Source of the DNA: Ramazzottius varieornatus
Lineage: Eukaryota; Animalia; Tardigrada
Direction: 5' to 3'
DNA: 62,308 nt
Assembly: GCA_001949185.1 (NCBI GenBank)
Contig: BDGG01000025.1
Coordinates: 1-62,308, forward strand
The position numbers and the translations under genes were made by a program. Position 1 is the first letter of the stretch. Every line of letters begins with the position of its first letter. The notes beneath the pieces are model-generated. The model did no database searches. It had not been told where the DNA came from and saw only the letters and a list, made by a program, of their open reading frames with translations. Shown here piece after piece: positions 60,760-62,308 of the stretch.

Positions 60760-62308
60760 CGGAACGTCCAGCGTGTACGCCAAAAGACAACAAGCGGATC
60801 AAGCCGTTTTGCAAGAATGCGGAAACCGGGAAACATGCCTTTGTCATCGGTCCAACGATGCTAACTCTGAAGAAATCACAGGCTTCATATGCGGTGTTTG
60901 CAAACTACTTTCGTGAGTGTCTGATCGGTGTTGGCGTGGATGTCCTGTCTGAAGACTGGGTCTTCAACTTTGTCACAGATGGAGAGCGAGCTTTGTACGA
61001 AGCGTTCCGTCAAGCGTTCCCCCAGCACAACCACACGCTGTGCGTGCTGCACATTCGAAAGGAAATAGAACGATACTTTGATGGGGAGAAAAAGACTGCG
61101 TCCGAAATAGCGTTCGTTATGAATACGATTTTCGGCTACATTCGCACAGACGAGTTGGAGAGAAGACATGTTATGGGAGTGATGGACTCGGTATCGGAAG
61201 TAGCATTCGTTCGGCTATGGACGGAAATCAAGATTTTCCTTAGGGACGTTAACTTTCAGCGCTGGTTCGAGAGGACCCATCAGAACTTCCTTGAGAAGCT
61301 TATTCTGCCTGCACGCGAAAGCATGGGGTTCTACCCAACACAAATCTTCCGAAGCCGAGCACAAGGCGCTGAAAGCGTTCTTCGGAAAACACAAAGATCC
61401 ACGACAGGTGACTGAAAGACTGCTGAAGATGTACGCGGACCAGCTCACCCACTTGTTCCAGTGCATGAAGAACCAAGGAAAATACAGAGTTCGGGAAGAG
61501 TTTGCTAAGGACTTGCTTCTCTCGAGGGAGAAGCTCATGATGGACGCCATATCGTAGCCAAGTCAAAGAACATGTTCCTAAAATGCGACGTGCAGCCGGT
61601 GGTGCTCACTGCAACCCGGCGCCAGGTGAGAATTGGTTTAACTCTAAGCATGTGTGAAGCCGGTGAGGCCTACCATATATAGCTCGACGAGGTCGATCAA
61701 GTAGAGCCTGGCGACATCACCGAAGCAGTAAGTGCTGGTAGAGTTCGCGAGACAGTTCGGCAGTTTGTTAGTAACCGTTTGGCCGTTATAGGTAGCTTCC
61801 GGTACATTCTCCAGCGTACCACTAAGCGGAAATACCCGAGTTCCCGACCACCGGTCTCGCACCAATGTTTGCTAACAGCTGGATCCGCACCATGCAACTT
61901 CTGAGTGGCGGGGATGTGAGCGACTGAGTCGTCCAGTTGTCCGATTTGGAATGGCTGAACTTCAAGAACGGGCAGCATGTCGCTGTAGTCCGCAAAGTCC
62001 TGTTATCTGACAAGAAAAAGAATATCTGGTACTATGTCGATATATCTCTAACCACCGGTGAAGCTGTTACCAGTCTCAGACGAATAGAGATCCAGCATGC
62101 AAGCACATCATATCCGTGGCCAAGGCGACCGGCTAGTGGAGTGAATGAAGGTGAAAAAGAGCACGAAGGCAGCTAGACAGTGACCAGCACTGGCGGAAAC
62201 AAGCCTGGCCAGAAGCAGAGGACTCTGAAGGGGGTTATCGAAGACAACATTCTTCAGAAGTTGTCCGATGGAGAGCGTGCTGCTATCGGCAATTTTCGTT
62301 CCGGATAC
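60760..62308 (+). mobile_element. Decayed MULE/Mutator transposase
   Basis: FVIGPTMLTLKKSQASY..F, FVTDGERALYEAFRQAFP..HTLCVLHIRKEI (MULE DDE core with CxxH). Frameshifted downstream, extent uncertain. Confidence 0.8.

Overview
Eukaryotic (animal) genomic DNA with short GT-AG introns, mostly 55-100 nt. The gene and intron style suggests a compact invertebrate genome, possibly a tardigrade, but that is inference only. The left ~36 kb is gene-dense: SHOC2 (-), POFUT2 (+), Exportin-5 (-), a kinesin-6 of the KIF20A/MKLP2 type (+), RABGGTB (+) and a decayed ionotropic-receptor-like gene, with MITEs, a solo LTR and a TIR-complete Tc5-type transposon in between. The right ~24 kb is a pile of decayed mobile elements: a second Tc5-like copy, an endogenous Polinton/Maverick (adintovirus-like) element, a LINE, a Sola-type transposase, a CR1/L2-like endonuclease fragment, a solo LTR and a MULE transposase. 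The Polinton retains pPolB, PW/PZ remnants, an adenain protease, the major capsid protein and a basic core-like protein. Most notable observations: (i) the Polinton pPolB gene carries three host-sized spliceosomal introns that restore conserved motifs when removed; (ii) RABGGTB intron 2 can fold into a closed four-way-junction RNA; (iii) the mobile-element fragments on the right are nearly all co-oriented, as in uni-strand piRNA clusters. All family calls come from motif recognition by eye; no searches were run.
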